64,000 nt of DNA from Candidatus Oxydemutatoraceae bacterium (GTDB lineage Bacteria > Pseudomonadota > Gammaproteobacteria > Poriferisulfidales > Oxydemutatoraceae): contig CBDCOZ010000003.1 in the NCBI GenBank assembly GCA_965220085.1, positions 704,001 to 768,000 on the forward strand, read 5' to 3'. Below the pieces are notes generated by a model. The model was not told the origin of the DNA. It did no database searches and saw only the letters and a program-made list of their open reading frames with translations. This document shows, one piece after another, positions 1 to 10,970 of the stretch (positions are counted from its first letter, which is position 1; each line of letters begins with the position of its first letter). The position numbers were made by a program, and so were the translations under genes.

Positions 1-446
1 TTTTTCTCCTTGCCGCCGATATAAGTTTCATCTGTCTCTACTTGCCCATGCAGCGCCTGCATATCCCCGCCACATATAACCCGCAAGCGGTGAAGCATAT
101 ACCACGCTGTTCTTTGTTGCACTCCAATCTCTTTGCTTAATTGCAGACTGCTTATCCCTTTGCGTGAAGTGAGCAGGGTATAGGAAGCATAAACCCATTT
201 TCTGGCATCTACTTTATTCCGCTCTAGCGGTGTATTGGTGAATACATTGAAGTATGAACGACAGCTACCGCACCAATAATCGCCAGCTTTCTTTTGCTCT
301 GTAATTTTGTTATCACATCCGCATTTAGAACATACCGGCTTATCACTCCATGCCAGACTTTCAAGGTATCGTATGGTCGCTTCATCGGTCGGGTATTGCT
401 CCATAATCTGATATAGGCTTAATATTTCTGCTTTTCTCTTACTCAT
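1..446 (-). CDS. IS1595-family transposase (partial, not in ORF track)
   Basis: My translation from ATG 446: MSKRKAEILSLYQ...PVCSKCG...YWCGSC (Zn ribbon)...KGISSLQLSKEIGVQQRTAWYMLHRLR...VETDETYIGGKEK. Confidence 0.9.
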   Translation of the reverse strand, partial: MSKRKAEILSLYQIMEQYPTDEATIRYLESLAWSDKPVCSKCGCDNKITEQKKAGDYWCGSCRSYFNVFTNTPLERNKVDARKWVYASYTLLTSRKGISSLQLSKEIGVQQRTAWYMLHRLRVICGGDMQALHGQVETDETYIGGKEK

Positions 447-567
447 AGTCCTAATCCCCAAAGTGGTTTAACAACGAATTAAGATATAGGTATATAGCGT
501 ACTGGTATCTTTGTCAAGTTTCCTGCCTGACATAATCCGCCTCTGTCAAGTTAAATACATAATTCCC
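1..567 (-). mobile_element. IS1595-family insertion sequence (left end and 5' part; runs off window)
   Basis: Minus-strand end GGGAATTATGTA at 567 upstream of a transposase ORF; it abuts a truncated + strand gene at 569. Confidence 0.75.
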
Positions 568-568
568 A

Positions 569-832
569 AAAGAATTTGCCGAGTTCAAGTCAGAAATCCG
601 AAAAGAAATAGCTGAGTTCAAGTCAGAAATCCGAAAAGAGATAGCTGAGTTAAGAAAAGAAATAGATGAGTTAAGAAAAGAAATAGACGAGCTAAGAAAA
701 GAAGTAGTTGAGTTGAAAGTAATGATATCCGAGCAAACAGCAAAAATCACAACTCTGTTCATGATAGTCTCCCTTGGGTTAGCGGCTTTTGTTGTTACGG
801 CGCTAACTATATTTATTGCATTTTTCACTTAG
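569..832 (+). pseudogene. 3' fragment of coiled-coil repeat protein with C-terminal TM helix (DUF1640/Bdr-like), cut by IS1595
   Basis: Frame reads KEFAEFKSEIRKEIAEFKSEIRKEIAELRKEIDELRKEIDELRKE...LFMIVSLGLAAFVVTALTIFIAFFT*; no start codon before the IS end. Confidence 0.6.
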
Positions 833-943
833 GTCTGTGCCGTATCTTGTTCGCGCCGACAGAGAGGGAGATGCTTCACAGACAGCGTTCCCTCTCTGGC
901 GTAGCGCAGTTGCGCCGACTCCGCCGCGAGGGGATTGCTCGCG

Positions 944-1556
944 CTATCGCAACGGGCCTTCAAGGAAGACGCGCAAGCGCAGGCGCGGGCCCGGAGTGCA
1001 GTTCGGATAGTCGCCGAAGTGCGAAGCCGGATTGCATACGCATTCGGTTTCGCCGTTGAGGTTGTGGGCCGGCGGATAGCTGCCGGGGACTGTGCCACTG
1101 AGGCTACAGTCTGCAACAAAGGCGATTCCGCTGTTTTGGCGGACACGAGGATGGTCCTCCGCTCTTGGAAAAACTGGCGGGTTGCCATATAAGTCTGTGC
1201 AAGTGGGGACGTTTCCGTGTAAGAAGCAGCTATCACTTGCACCTCCTAATATACTGTGTGACGGGATGAGGCAAGACAACTCTAACGACGCAACGCTTGA
1301 CCAGGACCAACCCGCGTCTTCACAGTCCTCCAGAATTGGAATTAGGGCATCGTCAAAGCAACCAGTGTTGGGCAAAGCAGGATCGCTTTGATCCGTAACT
1401 CGCGTTTGCCCTTCGGGGCATTCGGTTTGCGCGTATGCGCTGTTTGCAAATGTGCAAGCAAGTATTACCGCCGCGCAAATTCTAAGCGTAGCGGGGGGGG
1501 GGGGGGGGGGTAGCGGTATTAAAAATTTGTTGGTTCATGATATTTCGTTGATTCAT
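944..1556 (-). CDS. LEGPLR-tail secreted Cys-rich protein 1, frameshifted at poly-C (18 C)
   Basis: AGGAG RBS, ATG 1556 MNQRNIMNQQIFNTATPPPPP then stop; removing one C joins ATLRICAAVILACTFANSAYA|QTECPEGQ to ORF 944..1375 ending PRLRLRVFLEGPLR. Confidence 0.8.
1493..1510 (-). repeat. poly-C tract (18) in signal-peptide coding region
   Basis: G x18 on + strand. Confidence 0.9.
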
Positions 1557-1589
1557 GGTTTTACTCCTGATAAATATATCTGTACAAGC

Positions 1590-1756
1590 AGTATCGCACC
1601 ATACTATAAATTCAGTCATTCACAAGTGCAACCGTTGCTCTCCTCCTCATGGATTTCGTTGCACTGTATCATAAATTCCGTCATTTGCAAGTTTAACTAT
1701 TATTCTCCTCCTATGGGATTCTGTCGCACTATATCACAAGTTCAATCATTTGCAAG
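1590..1756 (-). promoter_or_regulatory. Three tandem sigma70-like promoter units (TTGCAA-N16-TATAGT-like), ~65 bp period
   Basis: Minus strand ttgcaaatgattgaacttgtgatatagt / ttgcaaatgacggaatttatgatacagt / ttgtgaatgactgaatttatagtatggt. Confidence 0.55.
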
Positions 1757-1953
1757 CGCTTTTTTGTCAAGCCTCAACGACCGCCTTCGGCGACCGGTTG
1801 TGTCGTCGTTGCGAGGTGTCGCTATTGCCTGTCGGCCTTTGTTGAAGCCAAGAATCCGGAATGTTTCCGGCATGATTCGGTCATTTGCAAGCGCCTTTTC
1901 ACCCCTTTGTGCGCCCCCTAATATTCCCCGTTCTCCGCCGCAGGATATTCGCG

Positions 1954-3293
1954 CTATCGCAACGGGCCTTCAAGGAAAAGGCGCAACCGCAAGCGCAGGT
2001 ATGGCTGGCGAACGCATTCCGTCGCACCATTCAGATTCGCCCTCGCCGGAATCATGCCCTCCCCGCAGTTGAAAACATACGGCTCCCGAACCGGAATCAT
2101 GTTAAACGCCGCCCTGATTCGCGCGATAATTTCATTGTCGCTTGCCCCGAGGCGCAGCGAAAAGGGAATCCCGTTGTCCCGGAACACTTGTATCAAAATA
2201 AATTCGTTGCCAACTTCGACTTGCAACTGCTCGCGGCTGACTTGACTGATGGCTTCGTTAATATAGTCCGGCTCGCCGTTGTATCGCCCCAAAACCGCAT
2301 TCGCATAAGCCAGCGCCACAGTGCCAAGAGTGTCGCTTCGTCGGAAATTTATCAACTGAAAGCCGTCATAAAGATTTTGCACCAGCGGCGGCAGAGCCGG
2401 CGGAAAGGCGTATTCCTCGCCGAACACATCATCGCACAGAGGCATGTCCGTGCCCGTGCTCGCGATAACAAAGCAGCCGTCATAATCCGTATCCGTCTCG
2501 TCCGAAGTCAGCGGGATTTCGCATTTGATGGGGGTGGTGGTAGTGGAAATAGTCCACCCTTGACTCGTGCATATGCCAACCGCCTCCCGCTGGGCGCGGG
2601 TCAAAGTCGGCGCGGCAACGCAGTCCGGCCATTCGCCGATGTGCGAGTCCAAGTCGCAGGAGCATTCGGTTTCGCCGTTGAGGTTATGGTCGGGCGGATA
2701 GCCGCCGGGGACATTTCCGTCCCGGTCGCAGTTCGCCACAAAAGAATCCCCGCCGGACCCATCAGCTTTAACATTGGTGTGGTCCGCCGCTTTCGGAAAA
2801 ACTGGCGGGTCGCCAAACATATCTGTGCATAACAAAACACTTCTTCCCTCTATGTCGCATATGTCCCCGCTATTCAAGCTGGACCCTGTATACAAAGCGA
2901 CCCCAATCTGACAACCCAATTCTCCAGACGAGATAAACACACTCGTCGAATCCCTGCCCAACCAACCCGCACCTTCACAGTCCTTCAGAATTTCGATTGC
3001 GGCATCGGTAAAACAATTCGTGGCATTGGAGAGGGAGTCTCGGGTTACCCTCGTGACTCGCGTTTCCCCTTCTTCGCAGACATCGTGGCAGGAGCCGAGT
3101 TCGGAAACCATCTCCTGTCCCGCCAGACAGGTTTGCGCTGACGCGTTGTTCGCGGCGAATACAAAAGTAAATACGAGCGCTATCGCCGCACAAATTCGGC
3201 TATTGCGGAGGGAGCACCGCCTGCCCGTTAGGGGGGGGGGGGGGGGGTAGAGGTATTAAAAGTTCTCTGGTTCATGCCATTTTGTCGTTTCAT
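1954..3293 (-). CDS. LEGPLR-tail secreted Cys-rich protein 2, frameshifted at poly-C (17 C)
   Basis: RBS AGGAG, ATG 3293 MKRQNGMNQRTFNTSTPPPPP*; adding one C gives LTGRRCSLRNSRICAAIALVFTFVFAANNASA|QTCLAGQEM in frame with ORF 1954..3111 ending YLRLRLRLFLEGPLR. Confidence 0.8.
3231..3247 (-). repeat. poly-C tract (17) in signal-peptide coding region
   Basis: G x17 on + strand. Confidence 0.9.
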
Positions 3294-3534
3294 AGTATTA
3301 CTCCTGATAAATGTAGTTGTACGGTATATGTACACAAGCTAGTGAGGCACAGTAATAAGAGGCACAAACGGTATGAGAGCACAAACAACTCAGTTGTGTG
3401 TCCTTGATTGTTGTTTGTGCTCCGCAAACTGCTTGCAGATTGTTTGATGTTGCACTATGCCACAGAGTGTCAGTCATTTGCAAATACCTTTGTATCCTGC
3501 GCCTGTGAAGGCTGTTATACGATAAATGTCGCAC

Positions 3535-3666
3535 TATATCACAAGTTCAATCATTTGCAAGCGCCTTTTCACCCCCTTTGTGCGCCCCCTAATATTCCCC
3601 GTTCTCCGTCGTAGGGTACTCGCACTATCGCAACGGCCCTTCAAGGAAAAGGCGCAACCGCAAGGC
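3535..3666 (-). repeat. Orphan LEGPLR tail + hairpin + promoter element heading the left cluster
   Basis: Encodes ALRLRLFLEGPLR* (stop 3625-3627) and the same downstream ~70 bp as 1880-1953, then TTGCAA...TATAGT. Confidence 0.8.
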
Positions 3667-3828
3667 TGTTGCCACAGGCAACGGTGGCACAGCGACCCTT
3701 CCGATGCGGGCGTGGGAAACCGATCCATGAAGCCATCCATCAAAGAGGCGCGCGGCGCGGTGGGTTGTCCGCATTGCCAGCAAAGGAAGGCTACCCGCAA
3801 GGGCAAGCGACTCGGTGATGACCGGCGC

Positions 3829-3996
3829 AAAGCATGCGATACGGAGTTTGCTGTGCGCCGATTCGTTGCGCGGAACAATTTCGCGCGAGGCGCAAAGCAT
3901 GTGATACGGAGTTTGTTGTGCGCCGACACGTGCTTTCGCATGCCACCCCACTCCATTCGAAAGCATGTGATACGGAGTTTGTTGTGCGCCGACACG
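3829..3996 (+). repeat. Three 37-bp direct repeats with unique 28/29-bp spacers
   Basis: aaagcatg(t/c)gatacggagtttg(t/c)tgtgcgccga(ca/tt)cg at 3829, 3894, 3960. Confidence 0.85.
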
Positions 3997-4016
3997 GCAA
4001 ACGATACCGCCGCAGG

Positions 4017-4925
4017 TCATCGGTTATGGCCGGAAGTAATCCCGCGTCTGAGGTTTGAAAACCACCAGAGGGTTATCACGCCGAACCAGATTGCGGCGCC
4101 CCAGCCGATAAACCCGTCGTAATTGCCGATCAGAAATGCGAAATCCGAGTCGGGATTGGCAGCGGTGAACTTTTTATTCAGTTTGACTACGATGATCCAA
4201 CCGCAGTGGACGCCGATGCACGGCATGATGTGGTTTGCCGATAACCTGACAAGCGCAAGAAAAGCGCCCGCCAGGAACAGGGCGGTTGCCGTCTGAATCG
4301 CATCATAAAACCCGTGCTTTTCGCGAATGCCTTCGGCAAGGTTCCATATCCCGGCATACCAAGGCGCGGTCGTGTCGGGCGGCGATTCTTGGATCGCAAT
4401 AAAATGCAGCGCGGCGAACAGCGCGGACGGCAGCAACACGGCCATGACTGTCTGGCCCTTTTTGACGAAGCCGTCCATCAACGCGCCGCGGAAGAAGCAT
4501 TCCTCGATGGTCGCTATCAGCAAAGCGGCCAGAGCTATGCGCGGCAGAGCGGACAGGATTTGGAAGTCTTTGTCCGGGGCGTTCAGGCCTATCATCCAAA
4601 AGAGCATTGCAAGCGTCAGAGCAATGAGGGTGCCGGCGAAGAGACCGGTCAAAAACAAACGCAACGGTTTTGGTTCCGTCTTGATAAAGCCGAACGTTTT
4701 TAACAACGGCAGCTTGCGCGCCTTGAGCGCAAAAACAACAAAGAGGATAATGGACAAGATGATGAGAACTTTTGCGAAGCGGCGAAACTTAATCAGCGAC
4801 TCCAACGCCGTCCATTCGTACAAAGGCCGGGATATTGCGGCGGCGGCGAGGATGGCGATAGCCGTCGTAAAGACCAGAATCAGAAAATGTTTCATGTTGT
4901 GACGAACATTATATCTATCCGACAA
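4017..4925 (-). CDS. CPBP (CAAX/Abi) family intramembrane glutamic protease
   Basis: Multiple TM segments; motifs EECFFRG, SALFAALHF, GVHCGW. Confidence 0.85.
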   Translation of the reverse strand: MSDRYNVRHNMKHFLILVFTTAIAILAAAAISRPLYEWTALESLIKFRRFAKVLIILSIILFVVFALKARKLPLLKTFGFIKTEPKPLRLFLTGLFAGTLIALTLAMLFWMIGLNAPDKDFQILSALPRIALAALLIATIEECFFRGALMDGFVKKGQTVMAVLLPSALFAALHFIAIQESPPDTTAPWYAGIWNLAEGIREKHGFYDAIQTATALFLAGAFLALVRLSANHIMPCIGVHCGWIIVVKLNKKFTAANPDSDFAFLIGNYDGFIGWGAAIWFGVITLWWFSNLRRGITSGHNR

Positions 4926-4992
4926 ATGCGCGCGCGCTCGCGCGGTGTCGCTCGCGCGGTTTGCCCGTCGCTTGGGTTAAGATAGGGGGCAT

Positions 4993-5078
4993 GCGGAAGT
5001 GGCGGAATCGGTAGACGCGCCGGCTTTAGGCGCCGGTGGGCTAGTCCTGTGAGAGTTCGAGTCTCTCCTTCCGCACCA
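4993..5078 (+). tRNA. tRNA-Leu(TAG)
   Basis: GCGGAAG acceptor, anticodon arm ccggc-TTTAGGC-gccgg, long variable arm, TTCGA, CCA end; upstream of tig. Confidence 0.95.
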
Positions 5079-5188
5079 GTTTTTGTGATGCGAGTTACGC
5101 TTTTTATGAGTTTGTTCACAATCGTTATGGCCTGATTGGGTATAATAACCCGCAATATACTATCCCGTTATTCATTCAAGAAGTATTG

Positions 5189-6448
5189 ATGGAAGTTTCA
5201 GTAGAAGATGTAGGCAGTCTGGGGAAGAAGTTGCATATCAGGGTTCCGTTTGCGGAAGTCCGACCGAGATTGAGCGAAGAAGCGCAGAGGATGAGCCGCA
5301 AGGCGCGAGTCGATGGCTTTCGTCCGGGCAAGGCGCCGTTGCGCGTCATAGAACAACGCTTTGGGCGGCAGATTTTTCAGGATGTCGCGAAGGATGTGAT
5401 TCGCGACTCTTATCTGCAGGCCGTGCGCAGCCATAAGTTTCGCCCGACAGGCAATCCGGATTTTGAAGATGTTTCAATGACGCCCGGCGAGGACATACAA
5501 TTTACGGCGAGCATAGAGTTGTACCCGCAGTTTCAAGTCGCGCCGATGGCCGGACATAAAATTGAAAAGCCGGTAGCCGAAGTGGCAGAACAAGATATCC
5601 AAAACATGATAGAACGGGTGAGAAAAAGCCACACGCGGTGGAGCGCTGTCGAGCGGCCGGCCCGCGAGGGCGATCGCCTGACCATACATCTTCAAGACGG
5701 CAACGAGCAGGGGAAAGATCCGCAGGTGGTTCTGGGCGGCGAAGGCGCGGTGGCGGCGGCTTTTACAAAACATCTGGCGGGGGCGCGCAACGGAGAAACG
5801 CGCACGGTTCGCTTGCAGCCCGATGAGACAGGCAAAGAAACGGAATACGAGGCGGAGGTCAAAGCGATTGAGGAGGGGGCTTTGCCGGAATTGGATGATG
5901 ACTTCTTTGCGCTATGCGGCGCAGACGGATTGGACGGTTTGCGGGAGATGCTTGCGAGCGGGATGGAAAAACAATTAAAGAGCAGTTTGGAAAGTATCGC
6001 CAAGACAAAGGTCATGAATGCCTTGTTGGAGCGGAATCCGATAGAATTACCCCGCAGTTTGATTGCGCAAGAGATAGAAGCGATGAGGAATGATTCTGTG
6101 AAACGCTTGAATTTGACCGCCGAGCAGGTTGCCGGCCTATCGGATGACTTGTATCGCGACACGGCGGAACGGCGGGTGAGGCTGAGCTTGCTGTTAAATC
6201 AATTTGCGAGGCAGCATCAACTGGCGGCGGAGCAACAGGCTGTCGAGGCCAAACTGGACGCTATCACGGCGGCTTATGAGGATGCCGAGAATATCAAGCA
6301 ACATTATCGCAATAATTCCGAGGCGCGCTCTGCGCTGGAGGCGATGGCGCTTGAAGATAAGGTGATTGCGGGCATATTGAGCGAGGCCGATGTGTTTGAG
6401 AAGCATTATTCCTTTGATGAAATCCTCGAGCAGGCGGCGGCGCATTAA
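5189..6448 (+). CDS. tig: Trigger factor
   Basis: DGFRPGKAP ribosome-binding motif; precedes clpP. Confidence 0.95.
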   Translation: MEVSVEDVGSLGKKLHIRVPFAEVRPRLSEEAQRMSRKARVDGFRPGKAPLRVIEQRFGRQIFQDVAKDVIRDSYLQAVRSHKFRPTGNPDFEDVSMTPGEDIQFTASIELYPQFQVAPMAGHKIEKPVAEVAEQDIQNMIERVRKSHTRWSAVERPAREGDRLTIHLQDGNEQGKDPQVVLGGEGAVAAAFTKHLAGARNGETRTVRLQPDETGKETEYEAEVKAIEEGALPELDDDFFALCGADGLDGLREMLASGMEKQLKSSLESIAKTKVMNALLERNPIELPRSLIAQEIEAMRNDSVKRLNLTAEQVAGLSDDLYRDTAERRVRLSLLLNQFARQHQLAAEQQAVEAKLDAITAAYEDAENIKQHYRNNSEARSALEAMALEDKVIAGILSEADVFEKHYSFDEILEQAAAH

Positions 6449-6464
6449 CAGAGCATAAGGAAAT

Positions 6465-7070
6465 ATGAACGACAGTCCCGAAATACAAGCACAGTTAATC
6501 CCGATGGTCATCGAGCAAACCTCGCGAGGCGAGCGCGCGTATGACATTTACTCAAGGCTCTTAAAGGAGCGATTGATTTTTATTGTCGGGCCGATCGATG
6601 ATCATATGGCGAATCTCGTTGTTGCGCAGATATTGTTTCTTGAATCGGAAAATCCGAACAAGGATATTTCTCTCTATATCAATTCTCCGGGCGGCTCGGT
6701 GTCCGCGGGGCTCGCAATTTACGATACGATGCAATTCACGACGCCCGATGTCAGCACGATGTGTATCGGGCAAGCCGCCAGCATGGGGGCGGTTTTGTTG
6801 GCCGGCGGCAGACGAGGCAAGCGCTATGCGTTGCCGCATTCGAGGGTTCTGATTCATCAGCCCTTGGGCGGTTTTCAAGGACAGGCGACCGACATTGAAA
6901 TTCATACCAAGGAGATTCTCAAGGTCAGGGAGACGCTCAATACGATATTGGCTTCCCACACCGGTCAAGCGATTGAGACGATTTTGGAGGATACCGAGCG
7001 CGATCGCTTTATGGGGGCGCGGGAAGCATGCGACTACGGCATCATAGATGAGATCATGTCAAAGCGGTAA
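6465..7070 (+). CDS. clpP: Clp protease proteolytic subunit
   Basis: [46 protein letters not shown]. Confidence 0.98.
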   Translation: MNDSPEIQAQLIPMVIEQTSRGERAYDIYSRLLKERLIFIVGPIDDHMANLVVAQILFLESENPNKDISLYINSPGGSVSAGLAIYDTMQFTTPDVSTMCIGQAASMGAVLLAGGRRGKRYALPHSRVLIHQPLGGFQGQATDIEIHTKEILKVRETLNTILASHTGQAIETILEDTERDRFMGAREACDYGIIDEIMSKR

Positions 7071-7173
7071 CGGGAATCGCGGATAGTCCAATGAAACAAA
7101 CGCCATATCACATAGTTCGCTTGCAAAGTTCATGGCTTTATGCTTCCATAGCTTCTCAACAGGGTAAATCCGA

Positions 7174-8454
7174 GTGACTAACGGCAAAGATAACCAAGGG
7201 CAAGGCGAGAAATTACTCCATTGCTCTTTCTGTGGCAAGAGTCAACGCGAGGTTCGCAAGTTGATTGCCGGTCCTTCCATTTTCATTTGCAACGAATGCA
7301 TTGATTTGTGCAATGACGTTCTGGCCGAGGAATATAACGAAGAAGGCGTTGCGGGCGATATGCATATCGCCAATCCGCAGACGATACATCGGGCGCTTGA
7401 CGAATATGTGATCGGCCAAGACCATGCCAAAAAGGTATTGTCGGTCTCGGTGCACAACCATTACAAACGTTTGCAAAGCGCAAAAGACAGCCGCGACGAT
7501 GTGGAGATTTCCAAAAGCAATATTCTTTTGATCGGCCCGACCGGTTGCGGCAAAACATTGCTCGCGCAGACCTTGGCAAAAACACTCAATGTGCCTTTTA
7601 CGATTGCCGATGCGACGACCCTGACCGAAGCGGGGTATGTCGGAGAGGATGTCGAAAATATTATTCAGCGGTTGTTGCAGACCTGCGACTACGATGTCGA
7701 AAAAGCGCAGCGCGGCATCGTCTATATCGACGAGATAGACAAGATTTCCCGCAAATCGGACAACCCGTCGATTACCCGGGACGTGTCGGGCGAGGGGGTG
7801 CAGCAGGCTCTGCTTAAGTTGATCGAAGGGACGGTTGCGTCGGTTCCCCCGCACGGCGGGCGCAAACATCCGCAGCAAGAATTTTTGCAGGTAGATACGA
7901 GCAATATCCTGTTCATTTGCAGCGGCGCCTTTGCCGGTTTGCACAAGGTGGTTCAACAGCGAACCGAGAAAGGCAGCATCGGGTTTTCCGCCGACATAAA
8001 ATCGATTGACGATAGCAAGTCTGTGACGGATATGTTGCGGATGGCAGAAGCGGAAGATCTCATTCGCTACGGTTTGATACCCGAGTTTGTCGGGCGTCTT
8101 TCGGTATCCGCGGTGCTGGATGAGTTGGATCAAGATGCGCTGATTACTATTTTGACCGAGCCTCGCAACGCATTGGTCAAACAATACCGGCATCTTTTTC
8201 GCATGGAAGGCGTCGAACTGGAATTCCAGCACGACGCATTGCTGTCTATCGCGCAGCGGGCGATGAAAAAGAAAGTCGGCGCGCGCGGCTTGCGCGGCAT
8301 CATAGAGGATGTGTTGCTCGATACGATGTACGAGTTGCCGGCCTTATCCAATGTGGAAAAAGTGATTGTTGACAAAGGGGCCGTTGAGAAAAATGGCGCG
8401 CCTATCATGGTTTACAAAGGCGATGACGAAGAGACATACAACAAAGCGGGCTAA
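7174..8454 (+). CDS. clpX: Clp protease ATP-binding subunit
   Basis: CSFCGK zinc finger, [25 protein letters not shown] loop. Confidence 0.98.
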   Translation: MTNGKDNQGQGEKLLHCSFCGKSQREVRKLIAGPSIFICNECIDLCNDVLAEEYNEEGVAGDMHIANPQTIHRALDEYVIGQDHAKKVLSVSVHNHYKRLQSAKDSRDDVEISKSNILLIGPTGCGKTLLAQTLAKTLNVPFTIADATTLTEAGYVGEDVENIIQRLLQTCDYDVEKAQRGIVYIDEIDKISRKSDNPSITRDVSGEGVQQALLKLIEGTVASVPPHGGRKHPQQEFLQVDTSNILFICSGAFAGLHKVVQQRTEKGSIGFSADIKSIDDSKSVTDMLRMAEAEDLIRYGLIPEFVGRLSVSAVLDELDQDALITILTEPRNALVKQYRHLFRMEGVELEFQHDALLSIAQRAMKKKVGARGLRGIIEDVLLDTMYELPALSNVEKVIVDKGAVEKNGAPIMVYKGDDEETYNKAG

Positions 8455-8519
8455 GCTTCTCTTGACTATTCGGATTATTCCCATACATAAAGGCTATACA
8501 TTTTCGGAGGCATAGATCT

Positions 8520-10970
8520 ATGGCAAGCATACGCGACACTCAAAATATTATCGAAGAAGTTCCGGTTCTGCCCCTGCGCGATGTGGTCATATACCCGTCA
8601 ATGGTGACGCCGCTTTTTGTCGGGCGGCCCAAATCTGTCAATGCCCTTGAAAAAGCGATGCGCGATAACAAACAGATTATGTTGCTCACGCAAAAGAATG
8701 CCGAAGCGGATGCGCCGCAAGCCTCTGATATATACAAGGTCGGCGTTCTGAGTTCCGTTATTCAATTTTTGAAACTGCCCGACGGCACCAACAAAGTGCT
8801 GGTCGAAGGCGAAGACCGGGCCGAGGTGTTGCGCTTTGTCGATGGCGATAAGCTCTTGAGCGCGGATATCAAGATTGTCGAATCCGTATGCTCGGTTGAA
8901 AACAGAAAGCTGGATGCGATGGCGCGTATGGCGCTCGGGCAGTTTACCCAGTATGTGAAGCTGAACAAGAAGATGGGCGCGGAGGTTTTGCACGCGGTGG
9001 CCGGCATAGAAGACCCCGGTCGCTTGGCGGATACGCTGGCCAATCACTTGTCAATTAAGATCAAAGAAAGGCAAAAGCTGCTCGAAGCATATGACGAATA
9101 TAAACGGCTTGAGTTGCTCGCGGCTTATGTCAGCGAGGAAGTGGATATCCTGCAAATAGAGAAGCAAATTCGCGGGCGCGTACAGAAACAGATGGAGAAA
9201 AGCCAGCGCGAATACTATTTGAACGAGCAGATGAAAGCGATTGAGAAGGAACTCAGCGGCGAGGATGAGGATTCGCCCGGCGAAAAAGAAGAATATCAGG
9301 GGAAGATCAAGCAAGCCGGTATGCCAAAGGATGCCCGCGAGCGCGCCGAATCGGAGTTGAGCAAGCTGATGATGATGGCGCCGATGTCCGCAGAGGCTAC
9401 CGTTGTGCGCAATTATCTTGATTGGCTGATTGGGATTCCGTGGAGGAAGAAGAGCAGAATCAAGAAAGATTTGGATGTGGCAAGGAATATACTCGATGCC
9501 GATCACTACGGGTTGGAGAAAGTAAAAGAACGCATACTGGAATACCTCGCGGTACAACAGAAAGCGAAGAAGATTAAGGGCCCCATATTATGTTTTGTCG
9601 GCCCGCCCGGTGTCGGCAAGACCTCGTTAGGCAAATCCATCGCCCATGCGACGCAGCGGAAGTTCACGCGGATGGCGCTTGGCGGCGTGCGCGATGAGGC
9701 GGAAATACGCGGCCATCGGCGCACGTATATCGGCGCTTTGCCGGGCAAATTTATCCAGAATCTGGCTAAGGCGGGAGTGCGCAATCCGCTGTTTTTGCTC
9801 GATGAGGTTGACAAGATGTCCATGGATTTCAGAGGCGACCCGGCTTCTGCTTTGCTGGAAGTTTTGGACCCCGAGCAGAATCATACGTTTGCGGATCATT
9901 ATCTTGAAGTCGATTTTGACCTTTCCGATGTCATGTTTGTTTGTACCGCAAACAGTCTCAACATTCCGCCGCCGCTGCTGGACAGGATGGAGGTGATCAG
10001 ATTGCCGGGCTATACGGAAGAAGAAAAGATGCGCATTGCGCAAAATTATTTGATCCCAAAGCAAATGAAAGACAACGGCTTGGAGGAGAGAGAAATTCAG
10101 ATAGCGTCGGCGGTGATTCGGGACATTATCCAGTACTACACCCGCGAAGCCGGAGTCAGGAATCTGGAAAGAAACATATCCAAAGTCTGTCGCAAGGTGG
10201 TCAAAGACATCATGATGAAAAAGGTCAAAAAAGGCGCCAAAGTTCATGTGCGCTCAAACTCCTTGGAGAGATATCTGGGAGTGCGGAAGTTCCGCTACGG
10301 GGTTGTCGATGAGGAAAACCGTATCGGACAGGTCAGCGGTCTGGCCTGGACCGAGGTCGGCGGCGATTTATTGACGGTGGAGGCGACCAGTGTGCCGGGC
10401 AAGGGCAAACTGATTCAAACCGGCCAATTGGGGGATGTGATGCGCGAATCCGGAGAGGCGGCGATGACAGTGGTGCGTAGCCGCAGCGCCTTGTTGAACC
10501 TTGAGCAAAAGTTTTATGAAAACAAAGATATCCATGTGCATGTGCCGGAAGGGGCGACGCCGAAAGACGGTCCGAGCGCCGGTGTCGCGATGTGTACCGC
10601 GATCATATCGGCGCTGACAGGCATTGCGGTGAAGTCTGATGTGGCGATGACCGGCGAGATCACTCTGCGTGGCGAAGTGCTTGCAATCGGCGGTCTGAAG
10701 GAGAAACTCCTGGCCGCATTGCGAGGCGGCATCAGGATGGTGATGATCCCCGAAGAAAACGCCAAGGATTTGAAGGAAATCCCGTCTAATATTTCAAGCC
10801 GCATCGACATCCATCCGGTGCGCTGGATCGATGAGGCGCTGAGGCAGGCGCTGGTTGAGATGCCCGCAATAGCGGCGGAATCCGAGAGAAATCAACTGGG
10901 CGGCAAATCTCAGGACGATGAGAAAATATCCGATAAATCAAGCGGGTTAGGGGGTTCCCAACCCCACTGA
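8520..10970 (+). CDS. lon: Lon protease
   Basis: PVLPLRD, GPPGVGKTS, PKDGPSAG. Confidence 0.98.
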   Translation: MASIRDTQNIIEEVPVLPLRDVVIYPSMVTPLFVGRPKSVNALEKAMRDNKQIMLLTQKNAEADAPQASDIYKVGVLSSVIQFLKLPDGTNKVLVEGEDRAEVLRFVDGDKLLSADIKIVESVCSVENRKLDAMARMALGQFTQYVKLNKKMGAEVLHAVAGIEDPGRLADTLANHLSIKIKERQKLLEAYDEYKRLELLAAYVSEEVDILQIEKQIRGRVQKQMEKSQREYYLNEQMKAIEKELSGEDEDSPGEKEEYQGKIKQAGMPKDARERAESELSKLMMMAPMSAEATVVRNYLDWLIGIPWRKKSRIKKDLDVARNILDADHYGLEKVKERILEYLAVQQKAKKIKGPILCFVGPPGVGKTSLGKSIAHATQRKFTRMALGGVRDEAEIRGHRRTYIGALPGKFIQNLAKAGVRNPLFLLDEVDKMSMDFRGDPASALLEVLDPEQNHTFADHYLEVDFDLSDVMFVCTANSLNIPPPLLDRMEVIRLPGYTEEEKMRIAQNYLIPKQMKDNGLEEREIQIASAVIRDIIQYYTREAGVRNLERNISKVCRKVVKDIMMKKVKKGAKVHVRSNSLERYLGVRKFRYGVVDEENRIGQVSGLAWTEVGGDLLTVEATSVPGKGKLIQTGQLGDVMRESGEAAMTVVRSRSALLNLEQKFYENKDIHVHVPEGATPKDGPSAGVAMCTAIISALTGIAVKSDVAMTGEITLRGEVLAIGGLKEKLLAALRGGIRMVMIPEENAKDLKEIPSNISSRIDIHPVRWIDEALRQALVEMPAIAAESERNQLGGKSQDDEKISDKSSGLGGSQPH

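Noticed and set aside
3625-4020. 131-aa ORF ending in LRLRLFLEGPLR as a ninth family gene
   Set aside because: No signal peptide or RBS, and the body is translated 37-bp repeats; treated as an orphan tail.
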